Source: a phage | DNA length: 64,000 nt | Direction: 5' to 3' (one strand) | Assembly (NCBI GenBank): GCA_038314665.1 | Contig: GCA_038314665.1_3677.1 | Shown here: positions 19,302 to 29,333 of the stretch, piece after piece | Position numbering within the stretch: position 1 is the first letter of the stretch | Layout: every line of letters begins with the position of its first letter | Position numbers and translations under genes: made by a program | The notes under the pieces: model-generated | Database searches by the model: none | Seen by the model: only the letters and a program-made list of their open reading frames with translations | What the model was told of the DNA's origin: nothing

Positions 19302-22300
19302 TGCCAATTGCAATGATTGATAACATCGTTGCTTCTGCAAGATCTTCAAGTTATGACTGGAACGCATCCAAGGCAGCTCTGGCTGACAGCCTGAACACTG
19401 TTACCACCAGAACTCTGGATAAGATTTTTGAGGGCAACAAATCTTACAGAAGTCAGCAAGATAGACAAAAGCTTCTCAGATCTTCTGCTGCACCCTGCTC
19501 TGTAGTGTATGGGAAGACACGCACGTCTGGGCTGCTTGCGTTTTTGGAGCAGGACAGAGACAGAACCCTCCATTGTGCCATTGTTCTTGCTAATCATCCT
19601 CTGGAAGGTATAGAAGACATACTCATCGACGGTAATCCTATTTCCTCGTATGGAGATCTGGTATCGTGGGAGCTACATAACGACAGAAAAACATCTGATC
19701 CTTTCATGGGTACACACTGCCCATCGTGGTCACCAGATATGATAGGCAGAGGTATCAGTTGGCTGCGTGCCAGCTTCAAGTTTGACCCCAGTAAGTTTCC
19801 TTTTGGGTTGCCAAACGTTACACTGGTCAAGGTTGGTAAAAAATGCTATGACCCCCGCATCAGTAAAGAGGTGTATACCAATAACGCGGCCTTGGTGATC
19901 CTGGACTATTTAAGAACGTACCTTAAATGTCCTGACGAAACCATCAACTGGGAGTCCTTTAGGGAGGCTGCCAATATATGCGACGAGGCGGTAAAAAACG
20001 CTGACGGAACCAGTGAGCGACGTTACACCATTAACGGTGAGTTTGACATGGATGAGGCCCCAGCAAGTATTATGGCAGAAATGCTGAAAGCTTGCGGTGC
20101 AGACCTTAGTTATGTTGCTGGTAAGTATGGTTTGCTGGTTGGTGCATACTATGGCCCAGCAACAATGACACTGAGTGAGGATTGTGTCTGTGGTGAGGTC
20201 AAGATCTATCCGGAAGCCTCCTTTGACAAGAGATCCAACACAATAACTGGCAGATTCACTAGTCCGACCAAAGGGTATTCTGAAACAGATTTTCCATCAG
20301 TGTTTGTCCCAGAGTGGATAGAGAAGGATGGAGAAAGAAAGATAATTGATATAGACTATCGCTTTGTTACCAGTCCTTATCAAGCTCAGCGTGTTTCTGC
20401 AATCTTCTTAAGACGTGCTAGAGCTGGCAGGATTATTGAAGTCACCTGCAATATGCGAGGTTTTAAATTTAAACCTGGCCGTTACGTTACAATGGACCTT
20501 CCAAGTATTGGTATAGTAGGCCAAGAAATGAGGGTTCTTGAATGGGAGTTCACCAAAAAGGGCGGTGTCAAGGTAAAACTTCGTCAAGATGCTAAAGAGT
20601 GGAATGATGCCACAGGGCAACTTCCGGATTCTGGTGATGTAGATATTCCGATATCTCCATCTGGTGTAGCTCAACCGCAAAACTTCAGATATTCCGTTCT
20701 CCAAGCCGGGGAAGTAACTCACGGTGTTTTGGCTTGGGACAACGTTGGAACTTACGCTCAAAATATTGTGCAGGTAAGAAAGAACGGAGAGATTGTTTGG
20801 ACAGCACAGACAGTTGAGCAGTTTGTCCGAGTAGAAGGCTTGACCAAAGGATCATACACAGCAACCGTGGTTGCAACATCTTATAAAGGTGGTGTATCTC
20901 CAGAAGCGTACTGCGAGTTCAACATTCAGGCACCTGAAGCTCCTGTTTCTGTGGAAGTTAAGCAGGGATACTTTGCTATTACCCTGATCCCGCACAGCAG
21001 AGACTTGGCTAGTGTAAGCACCCAGTACGACTTTTGGACATCTGGGATGACAAGATTGCCAGATACCAGTGATGTAACAGTTACTTCAAAAGCCACTCGT
21101 ATGGGTGTTGGTTCAACTTGGACATCTGAAGGTCTGCAGAACGATAAGATTTATTACTGGTATATCAGGACAACAAATGCTTTTGGTTCATCTGCTTTTG
21201 TGGAGTGTGCAGCCCACTGTTACACATCCATAGAAGATCTTATGCCACAGATTGATGCTGAGTTCAAAAAGACAGAGACTTATAAAGAGCTTACCGCCAA
21301 TCTTGATAATGCAGTCAAGGAAATGGATAAAAATGTTGGTGCAGTCAATGACCGTGTTACTAGCATTTTTGAAGAGCTTGGGGATACAATAGAGGGTGTT
21401 GTCAGAGAGACGACAGAAAAATTTACAGGGGTTAATGGAGAAATTTCTGCCCTTAACAGTAAGCTGGTAGCAGCTCAGCAATCCTTTGACGATAAACTTG
21501 CAGCAGAGTCTGGTAGGCTTGGGTCACTAATCGAGACAACAAATAGATCAACCGTTGATCTTGTTAATCGTAAAACTCAAGCATTGAGTGAGCAAATAAC
21601 TGCAACTCAAGGTACTCTGCGGGAAGAGTTGAAGAACACTGAGAGCAAACTTAACTCCTCTATTCAAGAAACCAACAAGGCAACAACCGATCTGCTAAGT
21701 AAGACAACGGAAGCTATTAAGCAGGATCTGGTGGCAGCTACAGGGAAGATCACCAAGCTGGAAGATGATGTGCAGAAAGAGGTTGCCAATCTGCAAGCAT
21801 CTATTCAAGAAACTAATAGTACAACAGTTGATCTTGTTAATAATACAGCCACAGCGATCCGTCAAGAACTTACCTCTGCAAAACAAGAAATTGTTGACGA
21901 AATGGGTAATATTGATGAGCTCAGGGCTACAGTATCTAATACCTCTAAAGCTGTAACAACACTTGAGGGTAAAATAGATGCTCAGTGGGGAGCTAAGATT
22001 CAGGTTGACAGCCATGGTAATAAATATGTGGCAGGTATCCAGCTGGGCATGGAGGGGTCTGGAGGACAAGTTCAATCATACTTCATGGTTAGTGCAAACA
22101 ACTTTGCGGTATATAACCCCGGAAATGGAACAGCAACCCTTGCTTTCGCAATCAAGAACAACCAAGCGTTCTTGAAAGACGCTTTTATAGAGAATGGCAC
22201 GATCTCCTCTGCCAAGATCGCACAAGAAATTTCGTCAAACAACTACGATGGCAACGGGTACCATAAATACGGTTGGTATATTAACAAGAACGGGCATGCC

Positions 22301-22900
22301 CAATTTATGGATGTGTGGGTGAAAGGCAACATCAACGCCAGTTCTGGTAACTTCACAGGGGCAGTTAATGCCACTAGTGGTACCTTCCGTGGAGATGTTT
22401 ATGCCAATAATGGTAGCTTTAGAGGCACCATAGATGCAACCGGAGGTACATTCCGTGGTCGTGTAGAAGCTTCTGTTATCCGTGCTAACCAGTTCGAAGG
22501 TGCAATTGTTGCACACAGGACTTACGGAGATTGTGCTCCAGTGCATAACTCCCAGCAGAGGGTTTGCCGTTGGAGGTGGAGATACGTAGATAACGTTTCA
22601 GGTCAAGGTAAGAACGTAACATTCTTCTTTAAACTGAACGGTACTCGTGCCAACTCCCAACTAAATGCGTGGATAGCTGGTCATCAACTCCTTGCTGGCA
22701 AGAAGTACGGGAACGACAACGATGGCATGTGTGCAATTGGGATAACAGGTCTAGGTGAACAAACTATAGACATTATTATTGAAATCTACACCCCGTGGTC
22801 AACGTCAAACGTGACAGGTGTCACAATCTCCTGTCCCACTGTGATCGTTAGTCGTTCTAACTCAAGCTTCCAGGGACCTTGGAACGAGTCTCACGACTAA
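19301..22900 (+). CDS. large tail tip/host-specificity protein (gpJ-like) with coiled-coil repeats and C-terminal fibre repeats
   Basis: 1199 aa; central region resembles J-type tail tip proteins; internal repeats (IQETN..TVDLVN), GTFRG-type C-terminal repeats. Confidence 0.5.
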   Translation: MPIAMIDNIVASARSSSYDWNASKAALADSLNTVTTRTLDKIFEGNKSYRSQQDRQKLLRSSAAPCSVVYGKTRTSGLLAFLEQDRDRTLHCAIVLANHPLEGIEDILIDGNPISSYGDLVSWELHNDRKTSDPFMGTHCPSWSPDMIGRGISWLRASFKFDPSKFPFGLPNVTLVKVGKKCYDPRISKEVYTNNAALVILDYLRTYLKCPDETINWESFREAANICDEAVKNADGTSERRYTINGEFDMDEAPASIMAEMLKACGADLSYVAGKYGLLVGAYYGPATMTLSEDCVCGEVKIYPEASFDKRSNTITGRFTSPTKGYSETDFPSVFVPEWIEKDGERKIIDIDYRFVTSPYQAQRVSAIFLRRARAGRIIEVTCNMRGFKFKPGRYVTMDLPSIGIVGQEMRVLEWEFTKKGGVKVKLRQDAKEWNDATGQLPDSGDVDIPISPSGVAQPQNFRYSVLQAGEVTHGVLAWDNVGTYAQNIVQVRKNGEIVWTAQTVEQFVRVEGLTKGSYTATVVATSYKGGVSPEAYCEFNIQAPEAPVSVEVKQGYFAITLIPHSRDLASVSTQYDFWTSGMTRLPDTSDVTVTSKATRMGVGSTWTSEGLQNDKIYYWYIRTTNAFGSSAFVECAAHCYTSIEDLMPQIDAEFKKTETYKELTANLDNAVKEMDKNVGAVNDRVTSIFEELGDTIEGVVRETTEKFTGVNGEISALNSKLVAAQQSFDDKLAAESGRLGSLIETTNRSTVDLVNRKTQALSEQITATQGTLREELKNTESKLNSSIQETNKATTDLLSKTTEAIKQDLVAATGKITKLEDDVQKEVANLQASIQETNSTTVDLVNNTATAIRQELTSAKQEIVDEMGNIDELRATVSNTSKAVTTLEGKIDAQWGAKIQVDSHGNKYVAGIQLGMEGSGGQVQSYFMVSANNFAVYNPGNGTATLAFAIKNNQAFLKDAFIENGTISSAKIAQEISSNNYDGNGYHKYGWYINKNGHAQFMDVWVKGNINASSGNFTGAVNATSGTFRGDVYANNGSFRGTIDATGGTFRGRVEASVIRANQFEGAIVAHRTYGDCAPVHNSQQRVCRWRWRYVDNVSGQGKNVTFFFKLNGTRANSQLNAWIAGHQLLAGKKYGNDNDGMCAIGITGLGEQTIDIIIEIYTPWSTSNVTGVTISCPTVIVSRSNSSFQGPWNESHD

Positions 22901-22908
22901 CCTTTAAA

Positions 22909-22935
22909 GCCCCGCTTCGGCGGGGTTTATTTTTA
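22909..22935 (+). terminator. rho-independent terminator
   Basis: GCCCCGC-TTCG-GCGGGG hairpin followed by TTTATTTTTAT. Confidence 0.8.
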
Positions 22936-22943
22936 TGCTCAGA

Positions 22944-22972
22944 TTGACTATTGTTACAAAATTTGGTAAAAT
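22944..22972 (+). promoter_or_regulatory. sigma70-like promoter with extended -10 (TTGACT-N17-TGgTAAAAT)
   Basis: -35 TTGACT 22944-22949, 17-nt spacer, -10 TAAAAT 22967-22972. Confidence 0.55.
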
Positions 22973-23005
22973 ACCTTGTAGAGATTTTCATACCGGAGGA
23001 GTGAC

Positions 23006-24496
23006 GTGGCTAAGTATGGATTGACAGAGGCTGGTTTCGTTATACCAACCCTAAATGACCTAATCGTTGAAACTAAGCAAAGCCTGATCCGTGCTTTTGG
23101 CGAAAACTTCAACGTACAGAGTAACTCCGTTGCAGATAAGCTGACCACTATCTTCAACGAGCGAGAGTATCAACTTATTCTTATGGCAGCATCTGTATAC
23201 GCATCACAGACGCTGTATGGGGCAGAAGGTATTTACCTAGACGAACTTCTTGGAAGACGGGGTATTTACCGAAGAGGCCGTTCTAAATCATCAGGTACCT
23301 GCCAGTTGACGATCAACACAACTGTTCCGTACAATATGATTTACGATTCCAAAACTTATACGTTGGATAGTGGCAACTTTGTTCTTAGCAATGATGTGCA
23401 AGTAGCAGGGAATCTTATTGCTCACAGAATAAATGCTCCAGACCTAAGGATTGGTAAATACAACTTTCAAATTACCAACCAGACAGATGGAAGTATCAAA
23501 ACAAAAAGTCTGGTTTTAACAGATAAGGCTCTGGACTCTTCTGATCTGCCAAGCTTTTACGGAGAGATTAAGCAATTCATTGTCGATAATACAACTCTGT
23601 TGAACGACGATTTGATTCAGATCGATATGTTGACAGGAACGTTGTGGATAGGGTACAATTCGAATCTTGACCAAGTTGGACTTAATAGTAGGGTAGATTT
23701 CAGAGTATCCCCGATTGTAGGGGAAAGAACTATCACCCTAGATGTTATCGCTAACGAGGCTGGTGAGCTGTCAAGAGAGGCAGAAACCGTGACAACAATG
23801 TCACCTACTCCCAGTGGATTTATCAAGCTTACCAACCGAGAAAGATTCAATGAGGGAAGGGATGTTGAGAAAGACTCAGAGTACCGCTTAAGAGCTTCCA
23901 GCACAAAACAGTTAACATCTAAGGCTACCCGTCCTGCAATCCTTAGCGCTGTAAGCGAGGTGAAAGGTGTTGAGAAAGTGAGAGTGTTCTCTAACAATAC
24001 CGATAAAACTGATGCTAAAGGTATACCTCCTTACAAGTTCCAAGTGGTTGTGTTTGGTGGTGCAACAGAGGACATTTGCCAAGCACTTTACCAAACTATA
24101 GCCTGTACGAACAGGACTTATGGTAATATTTTCTACGATGTAACTACATCTGACGGTCAAACTGAAAGAATTTATTATTCCAAGGCAAATACCTACCGCC
24201 TGGATGTAAGAATTACCTACTCCGGTGCTGCGCTTTCCACAACCGAAAAAGATGCCATTGTAGAGGCTCTTTTGCAGGTTGTTAACGGACTGGATGTTGC
24301 AGATACGTTGTACAATATCCAATTGGTCGGTGCTGCATCTGCTGCTGTGTCGATAGGCAGATTTAATAGACTGGTAATTCAAGTTAAACCTGTAGGGGCT
24401 TCTGATGAAGCTTACACTGCAAACGATATTGTTGCAAACATGACCGAGGTGTTTGACCTCGATGAAAGTAATATAACTTTCCAACAAACTATTTAA
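23006..24496 (+). CDS. baseplate wedge protein (gpJ/gp6-like)
   Basis: 496 aa; N-terminal and central segments resemble baseplate J family proteins; GTG start with GGAGGA RBS. Confidence 0.55.
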   Translation: MAKYGLTEAGFVIPTLNDLIVETKQSLIRAFGENFNVQSNSVADKLTTIFNEREYQLILMAASVYASQTLYGAEGIYLDELLGRRGIYRRGRSKSSGTCQLTINTTVPYNMIYDSKTYTLDSGNFVLSNDVQVAGNLIAHRINAPDLRIGKYNFQITNQTDGSIKTKSLVLTDKALDSSDLPSFYGEIKQFIVDNTTLLNDDLIQIDMLTGTLWIGYNSNLDQVGLNSRVDFRVSPIVGERTITLDVIANEAGELSREAETVTTMSPTPSGFIKLTNRERFNEGRDVEKDSEYRLRASSTKQLTSKATRPAILSAVSEVKGVEKVRVFSNNTDKTDAKGIPPYKFQVVVFGGATEDICQALYQTIACTNRTYGNIFYDVTTSDGQTERIYYSKANTYRLDVRITYSGAALSTTEKDAIVEALLQVVNGLDVADTLYNIQLVGAASAAVSIGRFNRLVIQVKPVGASDEAYTANDIVANMTEVFDLDESNITFQQTI

Positions 24497-24507
24497 GGCG
24501 GCGAGAT

Positions 24508-25194
24508 ATGGCAGAGATTAAGTCGGATGTTAACCACATCCACACTCTGCCAGATTTTGTTCAGGGGGGTCTTGACTACCTGCCTGGAGATTTTCTGGCT
24601 GAGAAGGTTAATTTAGTCACATTCTTAACCGTGTACCTTAAAAGGTTGGAGGATGTTGATAAGATGCTGGTAGGTTTGGCTGAAGGAAGATTGCTTAACA
24701 ATGCCAGCGGAAGATACCTTGACGAAGTTGGTAATCAACTCGGTATTCTTAGGAATGGACTTTCAGATGCTGATTTTCGTGCCACACTAATTATTCAGCA
24801 GGCCGCAGCATCAAGGGGCGGGACTCGCGAAGATGTCATCTCCACCTTGCGACAATTGTTCGGAAGAGACAATTTCGATACGTGGAAAGGAGACAACTTC
24901 AGGTTTGACATAAATATTAGAAAAACTTGCTTTGACATATTGCAGTCTATTGATCAGATCTTAGACATGCTACCACTGCCTTGTCATTTGCGTCTTACAG
25001 AATCGCAAGGGCAAGCTTTTGGTTTTGAAGGTGACTCTACAGCTCTTGGCTTCGGATCAGTGTGGGAAGAAAGCCAATTCGGAGTTGGTGGGCTGGCTAC
25101 TTTGCTGTATGTTCCTGACGTAAGACCTGATTGGGACACCACAACCATTTATTGTGAAAGTATTACAGTAAACGCAACTAGACAGGAGGGTTAA
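24508..25194 (+). CDS. baseplate protein (tail protein I-like)
   Basis: 228-aa ORF directly after the J-like gene, the usual position of gpI-type wedge proteins. Confidence 0.4.
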   Translation: MAEIKSDVNHIHTLPDFVQGGLDYLPGDFLAEKVNLVTFLTVYLKRLEDVDKMLVGLAEGRLLNNASGRYLDEVGNQLGILRNGLSDADFRATLIIQQAAASRGGTREDVISTLRQLFGRDNFDTWKGDNFRFDINIRKTCFDILQSIDQILDMLPLPCHLRLTESQGQAFGFEGDSTALGFGSVWEESQFGVGGLATLLYVPDVRPDWDTTTIYCESITVNATRQEG

Positions 25195-27266
25195 TGGCAA
25201 CAGCTGTTTTTAAACCTTACCGTGATTACTCTACAATGGCTGCACGGTTTCATTACCGCACAGTTCAGGATACTGCCGTTCCTGGTAGGGATTATGATCA
25301 TGTTGAGGGCGATATAACTATCCCAGTTGGGGCAACCAGTATTGAGATCCCAGTGGAAATTGTTGACAAATTACCCAACAGGTTACCAAGAAGCTTCTTT
25401 ATGGAGTTTTCATCAAAATCCCAAGGGGTGATGATTGGGACACAAAGGGCGAAATGTACAATAGTTTCAGATGAGAATCTTGACAGGATATCTTGGGATA
25501 CTGTCGAGGAGAGAATGTTTCACCCAAGATACTGGGTTACAACCACCCAGCAGACTGAAAGTACCTGTATTGTTGCAGATGACAACTGTTGTATTAACCG
25601 TTTAGTGTCAAGAACATATGGAGGTATGGCTGGGTGCATTTGGGAAACAGTTGACAAGTATGACCATTTCGGTATTGGGTTTGATGATCACTATGAGATG
25701 AGAAACACCAAGCTTTGGTTCAGAATGTCAATAACCAATGCCAGCAACTTCTCCACTCCTGAAAAGATGATTATGACTGTAGACCTTGTTGATGGTACAA
25801 TCATCTATGTTCCTTTAGCTCAATATGCTGTCAGCATCTCAGAGGATAAGAATGTTGCAGAGATTCATATTGATTTCGAGGACTGCGTCGGGATGGATCA
25901 GAACAACAACATGATGGGTGTTGATCCTCGACAGGTGAGAAGAATTTTAATACCGCTCATGCCTAAAGACTGGGTAAGTAATAGCACAGACCCGAGAACG
26001 GAAAATGTAGAGTGTGAGTTGCGCCTAGATCTGCTTCAGCCAGACACGGGCTGGAAAATGATGCAACTTAACAATATTCAGGTTAAAGAGCACGACGTTG
26101 GGATCTGCACCGCATATGACGATATGTGGAACGTATCTCCTTTAAGGGTGTTGAACAATATCAAGCGTCTGGGCTATACCGGAACCATAAACCATTATGT
26201 TGGTATGAGTCATTATTATGACTACACATGGTCAGGAACCCAATGGTCTATAAACAGAACAGGAGCGCTAAACGCTGCAGCTTATAAATGGCATGATGAT
26301 TTTATGTACAATGCCAAACGACATAACTTCGACGTTATGCAGTCTGTAAGTTTTGAGCTTTACAGCGATGCCTGCCCGTTGGAATGGACCCAAAGAGACT
26401 GGAATGATAACTACGCTAAAACAGGATATACACCTTGTAGCTACCTCCTGTCTCCAACCATTGAAGAGGGTATGAATTTCCTTACTGCAGTATTTAAGAA
26501 TTTTGCATCAGCCGCTATGAGAAACAACCTGCCAGTGATTATGCAGGTTGGTGAACCGTGGTGGTGGTACAATACCGATACTCGCAGACCTTGCATTTAT
26601 GATTACCCTACAAAACAGGCGTTTTATGATGAGACAGGCGAGTATGCCTTAGATATTGGGACTATTGACGATCCTAAAACTGGCGGTGTTTACGACAAGT
26701 ATGTAGCATTTTGTCGTGGTAAGCTTGGCGCTCGTATTGCGGCTATTTCAAAGGCAATAAAGGCACACGCTGCATCAGCTCAGATGACAGCTCTGCTGTT
26801 TTTCCCAACCATTATGGAAACCGAGCTTACGCAAAAGCTGAACCTTGCTGACCAATATAAAAAAGAAGCAGGTACTCTTGATTTCTTCTGCACTGAGTGC
26901 TACGATTGGGTGATGCAGGGAGGTATTGAAAAGGCAAAAGAGTCTGTAAACATACCTATCGTTAAGTTAGGTTGGCAACCGTCTGAAATACAATACCTTG
27001 CAGGGTTCGTTCCTAGTAAAGAGCTTGCTCCGGTATATGGATACGACCCAACTAGGAATTACCAAGAATTTTTATGGAGATGTATTTGCGGAAACATGGC
27101 AACTATAGAGTATAGATACCCTGAGGTAAAACAGTATGTGTGGGCATACCCGCAAGTAATGTCTGACAGCATCACTGTTACCGCTAGAGATTCTACCGTG
27201 CTTCATATGGGGCAGGTTGCTCTGAAAGGGTATGTAGAAGATGTTGTCCCGCCAGACTTCTCATAA
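25194..27266 (+). CDS. large baseplate/tail-associated protein, possible enzymatic domain
   Basis: 690-aa ORF, start overlaps upstream stop; Trp-rich C-terminal half (GEPWWWY); no catalytic motif confirmed. Confidence 0.35.
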   Translation: MATAVFKPYRDYSTMAARFHYRTVQDTAVPGRDYDHVEGDITIPVGATSIEIPVEIVDKLPNRLPRSFFMEFSSKSQGVMIGTQRAKCTIVSDENLDRISWDTVEERMFHPRYWVTTTQQTESTCIVADDNCCINRLVSRTYGGMAGCIWETVDKYDHFGIGFDDHYEMRNTKLWFRMSITNASNFSTPEKMIMTVDLVDGTIIYVPLAQYAVSISEDKNVAEIHIDFEDCVGMDQNNNMMGVDPRQVRRILIPLMPKDWVSNSTDPRTENVECELRLDLLQPDTGWKMMQLNNIQVKEHDVGICTAYDDMWNVSPLRVLNNIKRLGYTGTINHYVGMSHYYDYTWSGTQWSINRTGALNAAAYKWHDDFMYNAKRHNFDVMQSVSFELYSDACPLEWTQRDWNDNYAKTGYTPCSYLLSPTIEEGMNFLTAVFKNFASAAMRNNLPVIMQVGEPWWWYNTDTRRPCIYDYPTKQAFYDETGEYALDIGTIDDPKTGGVYDKYVAFCRGKLGARIAAISKAIKAHAASAQMTALLFFPTIMETELTQKLNLADQYKKEAGTLDFFCTECYDWVMQGGIEKAKESVNIPIVKLGWQPSEIQYLAGFVPSKELAPVYGYDPTRNYQEFLWRCICGNMATIEYRYPEVKQYVWAYPQVMSDSITVTARDSTVLHMGQVALKGYVEDVVPPDFS

Positions 27267-27278
27267 TCAGGAGATAAA

Positions 27279-28319
27279 ATGTCAAAACCTAGTTTTCCAT
27301 TAGAGATTTGGGCAGAGGAGGATCAGGTTCTGCCTAACACCCACAGACAGAACAGGCTACGCCCGATTGATGATTTGTGGAGAAAAGGTTGGGATCTTGG
27401 TCAAAAGCCCTCATGTGAAGAACTTAACTATATTTTCAATATGCTCGGAACTTGGGCAAAATACATTGCTGACGAGCAGATCCCCGCTCAAGAAGGTCGT
27501 TATCTGGTACGTGATAATAACTTGAGTGATCTTTTGAACATCCCTGTTGCCCGTAGAAACCTTGGGATTATTACTAAGGAAGAGGCAGACGCCAGGTATG
27601 TAAAAGTTACAGGTGATACAATGACAGGCCCCTTGGGTTTGCAACGTATCAACTTTAAAGCTGCCGAGACAGATAAGGCTTGGATAGAGACAACTATTGG
27701 CCCAGATAAGACAACTCTCGACTTTGGGTTAAGTGATAATACCGGGTCGTTTGATGATGGTGGTACATCTACAGTAGATGCGTTCCGTTGGAGATTCCAG
27801 CCAACTCAGCCGGATATTAATCCAGAGTTCACTTTGATGTACCTTAACGCGATCACGGCTAACCGTGCGATGTTGAAAGTGGTAGGCAATGTTGAAGTTG
27901 TCGATAACATGAGGTGCAATAACCTTACTATCAGCAATACAGCAACATTCACCAACTGTAATGTGGCCAGTCAGTTGACGGCTGGGTCAGTATATGTTAA
28001 TGGTGGTGCAAGTTGTGACAGTATGGTTGTAAGAAGCCAGCACTGTGTTGTCGGTAACAGAAATGTGGTGCGCTCTGTGAATGGGGTGACGGCTAACGGT
28101 AACGGTGATGTAACAATCACTATCCCGCAGACAGGTGTGCAAGACATCAGAATCGGTGCAAGACTTGTTGACGGCGTTTCTGAATCTCCAATTCGCAACG
28201 GCTACGTTGTCACAGGTTGGCATTTCGGTGACAAAAAAGAGATGCGTGGTTCAACCTACTGGGCAGGACCTTTACAAAAACTTGTAAATGGTCAATGGAT
28301 CACTGTTAATTATGCATAG
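27279..28319 (+). CDS. tail fibre protein (copy 1 of a duplicated pair)
   Basis: 346 aa; fibre motifs LSDLLNIPVARRNLG and GDTMTGPLGLQRI; C-terminus QKLVNGQWITVNYA shared with the 29334 ORF. Confidence 0.6.
   Translation: MSKPSFPLEIWAEEDQVLPNTHRQNRLRPIDDLWRKGWDLGQKPSCEELNYIFNMLGTWAKYIADEQIPAQEGRYLVRDNNLSDLLNIPVARRNLGIITKEEADARYVKVTGDTMTGPLGLQRINFKAAETDKAWIETTIGPDKTTLDFGLSDNTGSFDDGGTSTVDAFRWRFQPTQPDINPEFTLMYLNAITANRAMLKVVGNVEVVDNMRCNNLTISNTATFTNCNVASQLTAGSVYVNGGASCDSMVVRSQHCVVGNRNVVRSVNGVTANGNGDVTITIPQTGVQDIRIGARLVDGVSESPIRNGYVVTGWHFGDKKEMRGSTYWAGPLQKLVNGQWITVNYA
28275..28304 (+). repeat. 30-nt direct repeat (copy 1), identical to 30333-30362
   Basis: caaaaacttgtaaatggtcaatggatcact read at both positions, at the 3' ends of the two paralogous fibre genes. 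Confidence 0.8.
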
Positions 28320-28333
28320 ATCGGAGGACTAGC

Positions 28334-28918
28334 ATGAAAATACTTCAAGAGTTTAAACTTTACCAACCGGGATCTGGCGAATACCTCCCCAACAAGGGAA
28401 CCAAGGAGCTGACCCCTCAAGAGGTTGAGGATTACACTGCATACACTGGGTATTTTTTACGTAATGATGATGGCGATTGGTATGTGCAGTCACGAACATT
28501 ACGACAAGAAAATCCTGGTTGTATCTTCCTACTTGTTGACGAGAAGGGAATTCTTAAGACATCTACAGAAGAACCTGATGCCCTATGGCCTGCTCCAGGT
28601 CTTCGTGTGGTTATCGCCAAAAAAGAAGAGGTACCAGAAAACATTATGCTTCACCACGACGCTTTGCGTTTAGTTGGTGATGAATTTGTCACAGACAATG
28701 AATTCTTTGTTCAACAGGCAGAGGGTGTCATAGAGACAGAACTTGCTTGGGCTACTGCTAGAATTGGTGCCTATCAAGACATGATTGACCTTGAATATGA
28801 TCTTACTGATGACCAGAAACGTAACATCAGAGATTTGAAAATGTACAGGGTAAAACTTCTTGAAATAGATACATCTAAAGCCCCTGACATTTTCTTCCCG
28901 GAGCGACCTACCCTCTAA
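28334..28918 (+). CDS. tail fibre assembly protein (Tfa-like chaperone)
   Basis: 194 aa; C-terminal RDLKMYRVKLLEIDTSKAPDIFFPERP resembles the conserved C-terminus of tail fibre assembly proteins; directly downstream of a fibre gene. Confidence 0.6.
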   Translation: MKILQEFKLYQPGSGEYLPNKGTKELTPQEVEDYTAYTGYFLRNDDGDWYVQSRTLRQENPGCIFLLVDEKGILKTSTEEPDALWPAPGLRVVIAKKEEVPENIMLHHDALRLVGDEFVTDNEFFVQQAEGVIETELAWATARIGAYQDMIDLEYDLTDDQKRNIRDLKMYRVKLLEIDTSKAPDIFFPERPTL

Positions 28919-28929
28919 GAGGAGGTGTT

Positions 28930-29244
28930 GTGGAGTTGGATTTGGCGGCATTGTACGGTATCTGCATGGGTACCGTTGTCCCGATCTGTGTATGGGCTTT
29001 CAACCAGTGGCACACCAAATGGAAAGGCATTTCCAAGAGGTTGGATGAACTGGAGAAAGACCTCATCTTAGTGAAAAACAGTATGGTTACAAAAGATAAA
29101 CTTGATTCTATTATCGAGACCCGGTTAAGCAAGCTAGAGGCCGATATTAACGACCTTAAGCAGGATGTTAGGACAGATGTCTCCGGCATCAGAGCTGATG
29201 TACAAAAGATTTTGCACATGCTTGTAGAGCATAGTAAAAGGTAA
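28930..29244 (+). CDS. small membrane protein with N-terminal TM helix and C-terminal coiled coil
   Basis: 104 aa; hydrophobic LAALYGICMGTVVPICVWAF followed by heptad-like charged region; GTG start with GAGGAGG RBS. Confidence 0.4.
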   Translation: MELDLAALYGICMGTVVPICVWAFNQWHTKWKGISKRLDELEKDLILVKNSMVTKDKLDSIIETRLSKLEADINDLKQDVRTDVSGIRADVQKILHMLVEHSKR

Positions 29245-29249
29245 ACAAA

Positions 29250-29285
29250 GGTCAGGACGGAAAGGACTCCGTTCTTGCATTTTGT
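29250..29285 (+). terminator. weak hairpin terminator candidate
   Basis: GGACGGA/TCCGTTC stem with one wobble followed by TTGCATTTTGTT. Confidence 0.3.
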
Positions 29286-29333
29286 TCACTAAAGTGTTAA
29301 AATAGTCCTAAGGAATTTTCTCAGGAGAACGTG

